Translations under genes and position numbers: made by a program | Shown: one piece after another, positions 30,995-40,858 of the stretch | Numbering within the stretch: position 1 is the stretch's first letter | How the letters are laid out: each line of letters starts with the position of its first letter | Assembly: GCA_965224245.1 (NCBI GenBank) | Contig: OZ245046.1 | Location: 6,080,001-6,144,000 of the forward strand | Source: Candidatus Eiseniibacteriota bacterium | GTDB taxonomy: Bacteria > Eisenbacteria > RBG-16-71-46 > CAZAMP01 | DNA length: 64,000 nucleotides | Reading direction: 5' to 3' | The notes under the pieces: model-generated | Database searches by the model: none | What the model was told of the DNA's origin: nothing | Seen by the model: the letters and a program-made list of their open reading frames with translations, nothing else

Positions 30995-31321
30995 TTGCGA
31001 CGCATTTGCCGGTTCGATATTCCCGAGGCATCGGATCGAGAGCTACTCGAGTCTGGCCTGGCCCTTGCGGTTCTCTCAGCCGAGGGCGCGTTCGGCAGGG
31101 GCCGAGTGCGACTCGATGGTGCCTATGCCGTATCGGACGACGGACGCCACTGCGCGATCGATGTCGACACCGATGTCGGTCAGCACATCGCGGGTGTCGT
31201 AGTGGAGCTGCTGACGCGTGAGCTTGGCGAGGACGCATTCACGGTCACGCGCAAGCTCGTGTCGCCGGACGTGAAACAGTCGGAACAGAGGTTGAAGACG
31301 CTAGCGACGCAAGAGACCTGA
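30995..31321 (+). CDS. Phage-type hypothetical protein
   Basis: GAGGAGG RBS; LA.LSAEG.FG.GRVRLD...LTRELGEDAF. Confidence 0.65.
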   Translation: MRRICRFDIPEASDRELLESGLALAVLSAEGAFGRGRVRLDGAYAVSDDGRHCAIDVDTDVGQHIAGVVVELLTRELGEDAFTVTRKLVSPDVKQSEQRLKTLATQET

Positions 31322-31341
31322 GACCAAAGAGGACAAGAACG

Positions 31342-31475
31342 ATGCTACCGACTAAACCGACACCGCCGAGATTGCGCCTGGCGGAGTACACCGTGCTCCT
31401 CTACGGCCAAAGCAGGATCGGCAAGTCGGCCTTGGCCTCTGCAGCCCTCGACGCACTCTTCCCGGCCACCGAGGC
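31342..31475 (+). pseudogene. Duplicated N-terminal fragment of the AAA ATPase
   Basis: MLPTKPTPPRLRLAEYTVLLYGQSRIGKSALA...FPATE vs MLPTTKTPPKSNLSDYTVLMYGATKIGKSTFA...FLATE. Confidence 0.75.
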
Positions 31476-31543
31476 CGAACGGAGCGCGCCCGAGTTCGCC
31501 GACGTCGGAGAGGACACAAGGGATCTGGAGAAGGACCTTGAAG

Positions 31544-32275
31544 ATGCTGCCTACGACGAAAACGCCCCCGAAAAGCAATCTGTCCGACTACACGGTGCTC
31601 ATGTACGGCGCGACCAAGATCGGCAAGTCGACGTTCGCCGCCCAGGCCCCCGACGCGGTCTTCCTGGCCACCGAGCCCGGCCTCAATGCGCTCGACGTGT
31701 TCCAGGTGCCGATCCCCTCGTGGGTCGATCTCCTGGCGGCGTGCGCGGAGCTCTCGAAGGGCGAACACCCGTTCAAGACCGTCGTGATCGACACGATCGA
31801 CAACGCGTACCGCATGTGCGCCGAGCACATCTGCGGCCGGAACGGCGTCGACCACGAGGCGGACCTGCCTTACGGCAAGGGGTTCTCGCTGGTGCAGAAC
31901 GAGTTCCAGCGCGTGCTGACCAAGCTCTCGTTCATGCCGTGCGGTCTCATGCTGATCTCTCACGCCCAGGAGCGCGAGATCGAGACCCCGGGGGGCCGTC
32001 GGACGCGCGTGATGCCGACGCTGCCCGAGAAACCGCGCCGCATCGTGGTCGGCCTGGTCGACCTCGTGCTGTACGTCGATCTCGACGGGACTGGCCCCGG
32101 TGCGCGCCGCGTCATCCGGACGAAGCCGACGGCGAGCTACGACGCGGGCGATCGCACGGGGCGACTGCCCGAGGTGATCGGACTGAACTACAACGAGTTC
32201 GACGCGGCGTTTCGCCGCTCGGTGACGGAAGCGGACCAGACCACTCACTCGACCGACAAGGAGAAGCCAGTATGA
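31544..32275 (+). CDS. Phage AAA_24-type ATPase (Sak4-like)
   Basis: YGATKIGKST, FLATEPG, TVVIDTID, LISH, AGDRTGRLP. Confidence 0.85.
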   Translation: MLPTTKTPPKSNLSDYTVLMYGATKIGKSTFAAQAPDAVFLATEPGLNALDVFQVPIPSWVDLLAACAELSKGEHPFKTVVIDTIDNAYRMCAEHICGRNGVDHEADLPYGKGFSLVQNEFQRVLTKLSFMPCGLMLISHAQEREIETPGGRRTRVMPTLPEKPRRIVVGLVDLVLYVDLDGTGPGARRVIRTKPTASYDAGDRTGRLPEVIGLNYNEFDAAFRRSVTEADQTTHSTDKEKPV

Positions 32276-32688
32276 GCCAGCTCGCAGACGTCCTCGCACA
32301 GTTTGACGACACCTTCAACAACTTGGAGGTGGTCGCGGAGTCCGAGATCCCTGACGGCAAGTACCACGTGACGGTCGAGAAGGCCGAACTGACGAAGTCC
32401 CAGACCGGCAACCCGATGCTCCTGTGGCGTCTTCGCATCATCGGCCCTGATCAGGACGGGCAGGTGCTCTGGCACCGGAACATGATCGCGACGGAGGACA
32501 ACGTCATGTGGCTCAAGAAGGACCTCGTCACGTGCGGGGTGCATCTCGATCGGCTCAGCGAGCTGCCCGGCGCACTCGATCGCCTCGTGGGGCTGACGCT
32601 CGCCGTGGCGAAGAAGACCAAGGGCGAGTACGAGAACGTGTACCTCAACAAGCGGCTCGAGGTCCCCGCTGGCGCGACGTCGTTTTGA
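32272..32688 (+). CDS. DUF669-like phage ssDNA-binding protein
   Basis: IPDGKYHVTVEKAEL..SQTGNPML.W.L.I; typical neighbour of AAA_24. Confidence 0.75.
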   Translation: MSQLADVLAQFDDTFNNLEVVAESEIPDGKYHVTVEKAELTKSQTGNPMLLWRLRIIGPDQDGQVLWHRNMIATEDNVMWLKKDLVTCGVHLDRLSELPGALDRLVGLTLAVAKKTKGEYENVYLNKRLEVPAGATSF

Positions 32689-32698
32689 TGCCGGGCGC

Positions 32699-33142
32699 GT
32701 GACGATCGTCGTCGACACGCGTGAACAACGACCGTGGAGCTTCTCGCCGGAGCGTCCGACCGTGCGTCGGGCGCTCCCGGCGGGCGACTACTCGGTCGTG
32801 GGGCTGGAGGAGTGGGTCGCCGTGGAGCGGAAGTCGGTGAACGATCTCGTGACGAGCCTGACCCGGGAGCGAGCGCGGTTCCTTCGCGAGATGGAGCGCT
32901 TCGGGGCCTACGACGCGGCCTGTGTCGTCGTCGAGGCGGAGCTGGCCGACATCGCGGCGCACCGGTACCGGTCGAGGGCCACGCCGCGTTCCATTGTGGG
33001 CTCGGTGATCACGATCGGACTCCGCTACCGCGTGCCCACCTACTTCTGTGGAAGCCGCTCGCTCGCGGCCGCGTTCACCGAGCGCTATCTCGTTCGGTAC
33101 GCCCAGGAGCGGGCGGCAGTCCAGGTGAGGGCCGCGTCGTGA
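32699..33142 (+). CDS. ERCC4-domain nuclease
   Basis: IVVDTREQ.P, LPAGDYS, VAVERKS..DL. Confidence 0.9.
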   Translation: MTIVVDTREQRPWSFSPERPTVRRALPAGDYSVVGLEEWVAVERKSVNDLVTSLTRERARFLREMERFGAYDAACVVVEAELADIAAHRYRSRATPRSIVGSVITIGLRYRVPTYFCGSRSLAAAFTERYLVRYAQERAAVQVRAAS

Positions 33143-33185
33143 GGGGCGGGGTCGTGCGGCGTTCCATCGCCCCGGGGGGTACGAC

Positions 33186-33686
33186 ATGACCGGCGAGACA
33201 CTCGGGCACGCGCTGCGGTGCGCCGAGCGCGGATGGCGGGTGTTCCCGTGCGGGCCGGGGGCCAAGACACCGGTCGCCGGCTGCCACTGGCCGGACGAGG
33301 CGTCTCGGGACCCCGACCAGATCGCACGCTGGTGGCAGATCCACGCCGAGCCCAACTACGGGATCGTGACGGGCGAGACGAGTGCCATCTTCGTCGTCGA
33401 TCTCGATCGCCATGGGCACGAAGCGGACGAGTCGGGGGTCGAAGATGGACTCGTGACGCTCGCGACCCTGGAGAACGAGCACGACGAGATCCCTCCCACG
33501 CTGACGGTGCGGACACCCTCGGGTGGGTTCCATCTGTACTTCCAGTACCCCGAGGGCGGCGTCCGGAACTCGGCGCGGCGCATTGGTCCCGGCATCGACG
33601 TGCGCGGAGACGGCGGCTACGTGGTCGGTCCCGGGTCCATCGTCGACGGCAGGCGCTACACCATCGTCGATCGGTGGCGGCCATGA
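33186..33686 (+). CDS. Bifunctional DNA primase/polymerase N-terminal domain (Prim-Pol)
   Basis: GWRVFPC, NYGIVTG, VVDLD, TPSGGFHLYF, GIDVRGDGGYVVGPGS. Confidence 0.9.
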   Translation: MTGETLGHALRCAERGWRVFPCGPGAKTPVAGCHWPDEASRDPDQIARWWQIHAEPNYGIVTGETSAIFVVDLDRHGHEADESGVEDGLVTLATLENEHDEIPPTLTVRTPSGGFHLYFQYPEGGVRNSARRIGPGIDVRGDGGYVVGPGSIVDGRRYTIVDRWRP

Positions 33687-35413
33687 CGGTGGTCCAGACC
33701 GAGATCGCCGAGGCCCCGGCCTGGCTCCTCGAACTGGCGCGAGAGAGGCCGAGGGCACTGTCGCTCGTACCATCGCCCGTGTCGCCGCGCGTGAAGACCG
33801 TGGGCGAGATCATGGCCGAAGCGGGGAAGCTGGAAGGGTTCACCGAGACGGCCCCGGGCAAGCTGAGGGGATGCTGCATCTTTCACGACGACACGCATCC
33901 GTCGGCCGCGATCTGGGTCGGCGACGAACACGATCTCGGCAGCTATCACTGTTCGGCCGGCTGCGGGTCGTTCGGGGCCAAGGACCTCGCGGCACGTCTC
34001 GGCATCGCGTTCCATCGGGAAGGCCCCCTCGGGCCGGGGCGTACCACCGGGCAGCTCACGTACCGCCTGGACGAGGTGGGCAACGCCGAGCGGCTGGTCG
34101 ACCGGTTCGGCGACGTGCTGCGCTATTGCCCGCAGCGCCGGTCGTGGCTCGTGTGGGACGGGGGCCGCTGGGCCTGGGACGAGGCCGACAGCGTCTTCGA
34201 GTACGCCCGAAAGACGATCAATGCGCTGTTCGACGAGGCGCGCGACTCCGGCGATGACGCCAAGAAGATCGTCACGCACGCAGTACGCTCGCGCACGCAC
34301 CGGGCACTGCGGGACATGATCGCCCAGGCGGCCACCATGCCGGGCGTCATCGTCCACGCGCGTGAGCTGGATGCCGACCCCTGGCTCTTCAACGTCGCGA
34401 ACGGGACCCTGGATCTCCGCTCGGGGACCCTTCGGCCGCATGACGCCGCTGACTTGATCACGCGGCAGTCGCCCGTGGTCCATGACCCCGAGGCATGCGC
34501 CGAGCGCTGGGAGCAATGCCTCGAGGAAATCTTCGCCCGGGACACCGACGCGATTGCGTTCCTCCAGCGCTGGGGCGGCTACGCGCTCACCGGGGTCATC
34601 CGCGATCACGTGGTCCTCATCGCCCACGGGACCGGCCGCAATGGCAAGGGGACCGTCTTCGAGCGCCTTCGCGACGTCCTGGGCGACTACGCGGTGGCCG
34701 TACCATTCGCGGCGTTCACCGAGAGCCGCTATCGCGACGATGCCGGCGCGCGGCCCGACATCGTGCGCATGCGGGGCGCCCGGATGATCACGACGTCCGA
34801 GGGGGCGTTCGGGACGTACCTCGACGAGAGCACCATCAAGCGCCTCAGCGGCGGCGACACGATCTACGCGCGCGGCATGCGCGAGAACGGCGACGAGTTC
34901 CAGGTGATCGGCAAGTGCATCTTGCAGACGAACCATCGCCCGCTCGTCAAGGGCACCGACACCGCGCTCAAGGCGCGTCTCAGGCTTCTGCCGTTCAACG
35001 TGAGCTTCGCTGGTCGCGAGGACACGACGCTCGCAGAGGCGCTCAAAGCCGAGCTACCGGGCATTCTGAACTGGCTCCTCGCCGGCTGCCGGGCGTACCA
35101 GGCGGCAGGTGGCGTCGGCTCGTGCACGGCCGTCGACGCGACCACGAGCGACTACTTCACCGACATGGACGTCATCCAGGGCTTCCTCGACGAGTGGGTC
35201 GTCGCTGGCGACGAAGTGGCCTTCAAGGAGCTGTACGAGGCGTATCGCTACCACTGTGAGGAGGCCGGCATCCGACCGCTCGCAGGCCAGCGAATGGGGG
35301 AACGATTGACGGAGAAGGGCATCGGGAAAGTGAAGCGTGGCGGACAGGCAGTTCGGACCGGGATCGTGCTCGCGCGCCACGTCCCGGTGGGCTGGAGCGG
35401 GGGTCGCAGATGA
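33683..35413 (+). CDS. P4/D5-family primase-helicase (SF3) with Zn-finger-like N-terminus
   Basis: C.FHDD.HPS...YHCSAGC, GNAERL, NVANGTLDL, GTGRNGKGT, IKRLSGGD, TNHRP. Confidence 0.9.
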   Translation: MTVVQTEIAEAPAWLLELARERPRALSLVPSPVSPRVKTVGEIMAEAGKLEGFTETAPGKLRGCCIFHDDTHPSAAIWVGDEHDLGSYHCSAGCGSFGAKDLAARLGIAFHREGPLGPGRTTGQLTYRLDEVGNAERLVDRFGDVLRYCPQRRSWLVWDGGRWAWDEADSVFEYARKTINALFDEARDSGDDAKKIVTHAVRSRTHRALRDMIAQAATMPGVIVHARELDADPWLFNVANGTLDLRSGTLRPHDAADLITRQSPVVHDPEACAERWEQCLEEIFARDTDAIAFLQRWGGYALTGVIRDHVVLIAHGTGRNGKGTVFERLRDVLGDYAVAVPFAAFTESRYRDDAGARPDIVRMRGARMITTSEGAFGTYLDESTIKRLSGGDTIYARGMRENGDEFQVIGKCILQTNHRPLVKGTDTALKARLRLLPFNVSFAGREDTTLAEALKAELPGILNWLLAGCRAYQAAGGVGSCTAVDATTSDYFTDMDVIQGFLDEWVVAGDEVAFKELYEAYRYHCEEAGIRPLAGQRMGERLTEKGIGKVKRGGQAVRTGIVLARHVPVGWSGGRR

Positions 35414-35560
35414 ATGTGAACCGGGGAATGCGTCTTGAGTGTCCTGCTGTGACCTCAACCCGAAAAAGCATCCTGGCTGTCCTGCGTGTCTTGGTCGAGC
35501 CGCAATGTGTTGTCGGGAAAGAAGATCGCGAGCGGCGCGTTCCATGGGCGATCGACGTCG

Positions 35561-35663
35561 CAGGACACCGTAGGACACTGAAGGGCATTTTCAGTATAAA
35601 CGCTACGCGCGCGCGCGTGAGCGCTTATACCAAATCAGCCCTCAGGTGTCCTGCGGTGTCCTG
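35561..35663. repeat. 103-bp imperfect palindrome with GTGTCCTG iteron-like units (putative replication origin)
   Basis: CAGGACACCGTAGGACAC...GTATAAACGCT / AGCGCTTATAC...GTGTCCTGCGGTGTCCTG directly after the helicase. Confidence 0.75.
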
Positions 35664-35687
35664 GTCCCGCCCCCGGGGGTGTGCGTG

Positions 35688-36776
35688 ATGGTACGCGCGG
35701 CCGCGTCGATATGGTCCGCACTGCCGGCGTACATCGGCGGCAAGCGGAGGCTCGCCCCGCTCATCTTCCGAGAGCTGGACCGCGTGTTCCCGCGACGCCT
35801 CTGGGGGGGCGCCCGGTTCGTCGACGCGTTCGCCGGCGGCGGCTCGGTGTCGCTGTTCGCCAAGGCCCAGGGGTTTCTCCACGTCCACGCCATCGACATC
35901 GCCGAGCGATCGGTCATCGTGGGGCGTGCGCTCATCGCGAACGGTCGCGTCCACCTGACCGAGGCCGATCTTCTCCGCATCGCCGGCACCGAGATCCGGA
36001 CGCCCGGACCCATCGAGACGCTCCACGTGCCGAGCGTGTTCCCGGCGAACGTGGCCCAGTTCCTCGATCGCGCGCTGGCCACCGCCGAGGCGACCGCCGA
36101 TGGTGCAAAGGCCAACCTCATCAAGCTCCTGGCGATGAAGCTCGCCATGGCGGCACATCCGATGGCGCAGGTCCGCCCTGGTACGGCACACCGCGTGGCG
36201 ACCGGCGAACTCGAAGCGATCACCGAGAGCTGCGTGAAGGTCTACATCGATGCGAAGCGGCTCACGAGCCCCGCGAAGCTGCGAGCGTTCATTCGCGCGA
36301 TCAACGGTGGTGTGATTGCGGGCGAAGGCGACGTCACGAAGGGCAGCGCGATCGATGTGCTCCCGACCCTGAAGGCCGATGTCGTGTACTGCGATCCGCC
36401 GTACGCGGGAACGACGAGCTACGAGCGGGAGTTCAAAGTCATCGACGCGATCTTCGACGATGGCCCCAAGCCCGTGAGTCGGTTCAGCCAGTCCGTCGAA
36501 CTCCTCGACGCGCTCTTCGACTCAGCGGTCCACATTCCGGTCTGGCTCTTGTCCTACGGCAACGCCGAGCTGTCCGGGGCCGAACTCCAGGACCGCGTTG
36601 CCGCATGCGGACGCGAGACGCGCCTCGTCGAGGTGCCCTATGCCCACAAAGCCTCCGTCGCCCGGGCCGAGACCCGCGCCCGCAACCGCGAGCTCCTCGT
36701 CGTCGCCGTCGACCCCGAGCACCGCCTCATCCAGCGTATCCGTGAGAGGAGGGCCGTCGATGCCTTCGAGTCCTAG
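35688..36776 (+). CDS. DNA adenine methyltransferase (D12/Dam-like)
   Basis: YIGGKRRL, DAFAGGGSVS, YCDPPY. Confidence 0.88.
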   Translation: MVRAAASIWSALPAYIGGKRRLAPLIFRELDRVFPRRLWGGARFVDAFAGGGSVSLFAKAQGFLHVHAIDIAERSVIVGRALIANGRVHLTEADLLRIAGTEIRTPGPIETLHVPSVFPANVAQFLDRALATAEATADGAKANLIKLLAMKLAMAAHPMAQVRPGTAHRVATGELEAITESCVKVYIDAKRLTSPAKLRAFIRAINGGVIAGEGDVTKGSAIDVLPTLKADVVYCDPPYAGTTSYEREFKVIDAIFDDGPKPVSRFSQSVELLDALFDSAVHIPVWLLSYGNAELSGAELQDRVAACGRETRLVEVPYAHKASVARAETRARNRELLVVAVDPEHRLIQRIRERRAVDAFES

Positions 36777-37451
36777 CACGGTGCCCGAGACGCGCGTCGT
36801 CCCCATCGCCGATCTCGTCCCGCACCCCATGAACACCAACGCAGATGCCGCCGGATCTCTTCGAGAAGCTTAAGGGGTCACTTGCGGCGCAACGGACGGT
36901 ACCCCGCCGTGATCGTGCGGCCACACCCGAGCGACGACGGGAAGTACGAGGTCATCGACGGGCACCACCGCGCGCGAGCCCTGGAGAGCCTAGGACACGA
37001 GACGGTGCGCGTGGACGTGTGGCACGTCGATGACACCGAGACGCGGGTGCTCCTCGCGACGTTGAACCGTCTCGAAGGCGACGACGTCCCGGTGCGTCGG
37101 GCCGAGCTGCTGCACGCGTTGATGGGCGAGATGTCCAGCGCGGACCTCGCGGGCTCGTTGGTGCCGGAGAGCGGAAGCTGAGATCCGAGGACTCTGCACG
37201 CTTTGCTTGGAACTGCCGGCCGGCGATCATCGCTGCCGAGCTGGCGCGACGAGGCCGCCGAGACCGAGAAGACCCTGCCCGTCGTCCTGACCTACGTCGT
37301 CCACCCCGAGCACGCCACGCTCATCGCCGATGCCGTGGAACGCGCCTCGGACGGCATCGTTGGTCGCGATCGGAAGGCCCGGGGGCTCTTCAACCTCGCC
37401 ACCCACTACCTGGAAGGAGTCACCGATGCTGACCCGACGCCAGAAGCGTGA
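36760..37451 (+). pseudogene. ParB/Srx N-terminal domain protein, frameshifted
   Basis: VPIADLVPHPMN / RNGRYPAVIVRPHP...YEVIDGHHR...LNRLEG spread over several frames. Confidence 0.75.
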
Positions 37452-37977
37452 GCAGGCGCGTCACCTCTACCTGACCGGTGAGTGTGACAGCAACGCCGCG
37501 ATCGCCCGGCGAGCTGCACATGAAGGCGCGCACCGTCGCCCGCTATCGCAAGGAAGAGGGCTGGGACGAGCTCCGCGTGAAGGTCGATCGGCAGGCGGCG
37601 GAGAAGCTCGTCGAAAGCCTCGCTGGTGAGCGAACGAGCCTGAACCTGCGGCACTTCCGCTACTGGGACGCCATCCTGGCCCAGGTGGGCGAGGCGATGA
37701 AGACCGACACGGCGCACGGCATCCGCGAGCTGGAACGGCTCACGCACATCGTCGAAAGGTGCAGAAAGGCCAGCGGCTCGCTCGCGGCCTCAGCCTCAAC
37801 GGGGAGAACGAGGAGCAGATCCGTGCCCAGGCGGCGGCCGAGTCCCGTGCACTGGTCGATGCGTTCATCGACGCCGTGAAGGCGCACGTGCCAGACGAGG
37901 AAGCGCGCGATCAGATCCGACTCACGGTGCTCGCCAAGCTGCCGCAGCAGCCCGAAGAGGCGGACGTCGACGCATGA
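37426..37977 (+). pseudogene. Putative terminase small subunit (HTH), frameshifted
   Basis: AAGGAG + MLTRRQKREQARHLYLTG / TVARYRKEEGWDELR / QKGQRLARG; directly upstream of TerL. Confidence 0.6.
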
Positions 37978-39546
37978 GTGTCCACCGCTATCTCACCGGG
38001 CGCCTCATGGAGGTCGTCTCCCCGGCGGTACGGACGCGGAGTCAGCCGCTGGCGAACTGGGCCGTGCGCGGTGCGTCTCGACGGCAAGCCGTTCACCTTC
38101 GACGGGTCACGCCTACCTGCGGGCAATCTACGACGACACGAGCCCGCACGTGGTGCTGATCAAGGCCGCCCAGATCGGGGGTACTACCTGGGCGATCCTC
38201 CGGAGCATCCACGCGTGCCTCTCGGGGCTTCACGTGATGTATCTCTTCCCAACGCGAAGCGGACGTCATCGAGTTCTCGAAGTCACGCGTGCGACCGCTC
38301 ATCGAGGAGAACGCGTTCCTCCAGAAGGCGATGACGGACACCGACACCGCCGGGCTCAAACGCATCGAGGGGAGCTACCTGTACCTGCGCGGCATGAGAA
38401 GCCCCATCGGCATCAAGAGCGTGCCCGCCGACATGATCGTGTTCGACGAGCTGGATGAGGCCACGCCCGACGCGAAGACCCGTGCGAAGGAGCGGCTCTC
38501 GCACTCCAGCTACAAGCGAGTGATCGAGCTCAGCAATCCCTCGATCCCCGACTTCGGCATCGACGAGGCGTTCCAGCGCCAGCGATCAGCGGCACTGGCA
38601 CCTCAAGTGCCCCGGGTGCAACGAATGGACCGCCCCGGCGCTCGCGTTCCCACGGACCCTGAACACCGAGGTGCGCATCATCCAGAAGGACGTCGACGGC
38701 AACGCGTACCTGGCCTGTCCCGAGTGTGACGCCGCGCTGGACCCCGAGGCCGGGGAATGGGTCGCGACGCATCCCGGACGGGAGTCCCACGGGTATCTTG
38801 ATCTCGCAGCTCTGTCTCAGCACGCTCATCGACCCCGGCGAGATCCTGCGGGAGTACGAGGCGACCCGGTTCCCTGATCGCTTCTACAACCTCAAGATCG
38901 GTGTCGCTTGGGTGGACAAAGCCAACCGGCTCTCGACCGACGAGGTGCTCCGCCTCTGCGGCCCCATGGGCATCCTCGAGCGATCGTCGGCGTCGTGCAC
39001 CATGGGCGTCGACACGGGCCGCGAGCTTCACGTGGTCATCGCACGCCCACGCGGGGACCGGCGCGAGATCGTGTACATCGGCGTGCATGCGGCCTTCGAC
39101 GAGCTGGACGACTTGATCCGTCGGTTCAACGTGTACCGCTGCGTGATCGATGGGCTGCCCGGAGACGCACGCGGCCCGCGAGCTGGCCGCTGCGGCAGCG
39201 CGGGCATCGTGTACCTCAACTTCTTCAATCACGCACCAGCGGGGAACGCCCGCGGTGGGATCAAGCGACAGCTACACCGTCAGCGGAGAACCGGACCGAG
39301 GCGCTCGATGCCTCACGGCGCGCCATCCGCGACGGGGAGATCGTGCTGCCTCGACGCTGCCGCATCGTGGACGAGTTCGCCAAGCACCTGACCGGTGACG
39401 CGAAGCAGCTGGTCGAGGATGACGAGACCGGGGCGCAGCACTACCGGTACGTCCGCGTTGGCACGAACCACCTCAGCATGGCACTGACCTACGAATGCAT
39501 CGCGGCGGAGGCGCACGACGTGCTCGACTACGTGCCGCTGGCGTGA
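37974..39546 (+). pseudogene. Phage terminase large subunit, GpA family, multiply frameshifted
   Basis: VLIKAAQIGGTT, MYLFPT, IKSVPAD.IVFDELDE, LSNPSIP.FGID, CPGC/CPEC, FYNLKIG, MGVDTG, NHLSMA. Confidence 0.85.
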
Positions 39547-39853
39547 CCCCCGAACCGTGCCCTGGCGCACGGCGCGAGGTGCCGATCCACGACGCGGAGC
39601 GCATATAGATGTGCCGAACGGCGACGCGCCGACCCCTGAAGACGCCCGAAACAGGACGCGAACGGCCCCTCGGTCTGCCGAACGGGGACGCGACTGAGCG
39701 ACTCGGCGATGCCGTAAGTTGCAATGGTGCAACCGGTGTGGCGATGGGGTCCCCTCGGTGAGGGGCATCAGGCGGGCACCCCAGAGCGATTTCTGCGCTG
39801 AAATCGGACCCTAACCTGGCCCCTCGCCCCGAAACAGGCTCTCTGTCGTCTAT

Positions 39854-39877
39854 CGACACGGAAACGATTATGTGGCT
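39854..39877 (+). repeat. 24-nt sequence identical to 58492-58515, at the end of a conserved post-terminase non-coding block
   Basis: CGACACGGAAACGATTATGTGGCT at both loci. Confidence 0.85.
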
Positions 39878-40055
39878 TGAGGTTACGCTGGGCGCGACAC
39901 CCGCGTCCGTATCGCGATAGACTCACCGGGAATGCTGGGGAGTGCGGCGAGCGACGCTGCGCAGAGCCAGGTGAGCATGGCTGGCGATCTCACGACTGCG
40001 CCCATCACCTTATCTTGATAACATCCGGCTCGGTCTTGTTTCTTCCAAGATTGCG

Positions 40056-40358
40056 GTGGGCCACGCCCTTCCCTCGTTCGAAAAGCATCCCCGGATCTGG
40101 TCAGTGTCGAACCCATCGGGCCCGATCACCCACTTGAAGTACAACCTACCGGTTGGTGGTCGGGCGACTGTGACTATCGTTGACGTAGCGGGAAGGACCG
40201 TTCGAAGTTTTCCGGTCACGCACGATCCGCCGGGCACGTATCGGCTTACTTGGGATGGACGGAATGATGGTGGACTACTGGTATCCGCCGGCGTGTATGT
40301 CGTGAAGCTTGAGACAGACAGAGACACAGCCACGTACCGCGTTGTCATGACGCAGTAG
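40056..40358 (+). pseudogene. Orphan FlgD/T9SS-like CTD fragment
   Basis: NPS...VDVAGRTV...TWDGRN...AGVYVVKL with no upstream domain or signal peptide. Confidence 0.65.
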
Positions 40359-40436
40359 CAACACCCGAGCAGTCGCATCTTCCGAAGTGAGTACGCACTG
40401 ACCTGCATCCACATGCCGTAGGCGGCGTCTTCCATC

Positions 40437-40493
40437 GTGCGCCCGCATCCCACGGACCATGCGAAGTACGAGGTCATCGACGGACACGACCGC
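40437..40493 (+). pseudogene. Short ParB fragment
   Basis: VRPHPTDHAKYEVIDGHDR vs VRPHPSDDGKYEVIDGHHR at ~36915. Confidence 0.65.
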
Positions 40494-40599
40494 GAAGAAC
40501 CCCGCACACGCGGTTCGCGCCTCCGCAGGCCAACGGCGAGACTGGCCCGCAGTGTCCTAAAGTGGTGCGCCGCAAAAAGCGACGACATCCCGCCTCGTT

Positions 40600-40858
40600 C
40601 GAAGAGGAGGCCGCGTTCTGGCCGGCCCGTCTCGACATGCCGTTCGAGGTGGTTGCGCTAGCGGACGTCGATCACGACGGTCGTATGGACATGCTCGAGC
40701 GGCAAGGTGATGGCCTCGTGATACGTCGCGGGTTGCCCAATGCATGTTTCTCACTGGAGACGTACCTGGCCGGCGATCCAGAGCCGGACGATGAGGTCTG
40801 GTGGCGAGACGTGACGGGCGACGGGATCTGTGATCTGCTGTCAAGTGGCTACTACTCC
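40600..40858 (+). pseudogene. FG-GAP/VCBS-repeat gene fragment cut by IS66
   Basis: ADVDHDGRMDML, RDVTGDGICDLL; ends at the IS66 terminus. Confidence 0.55.

Noticed and set aside
31342-32688. 448-aa ORF as a single protein
   Set aside because: Chimeric reading: AAA fragment + off-frame filler + the real DUF669 gene starting at 32272
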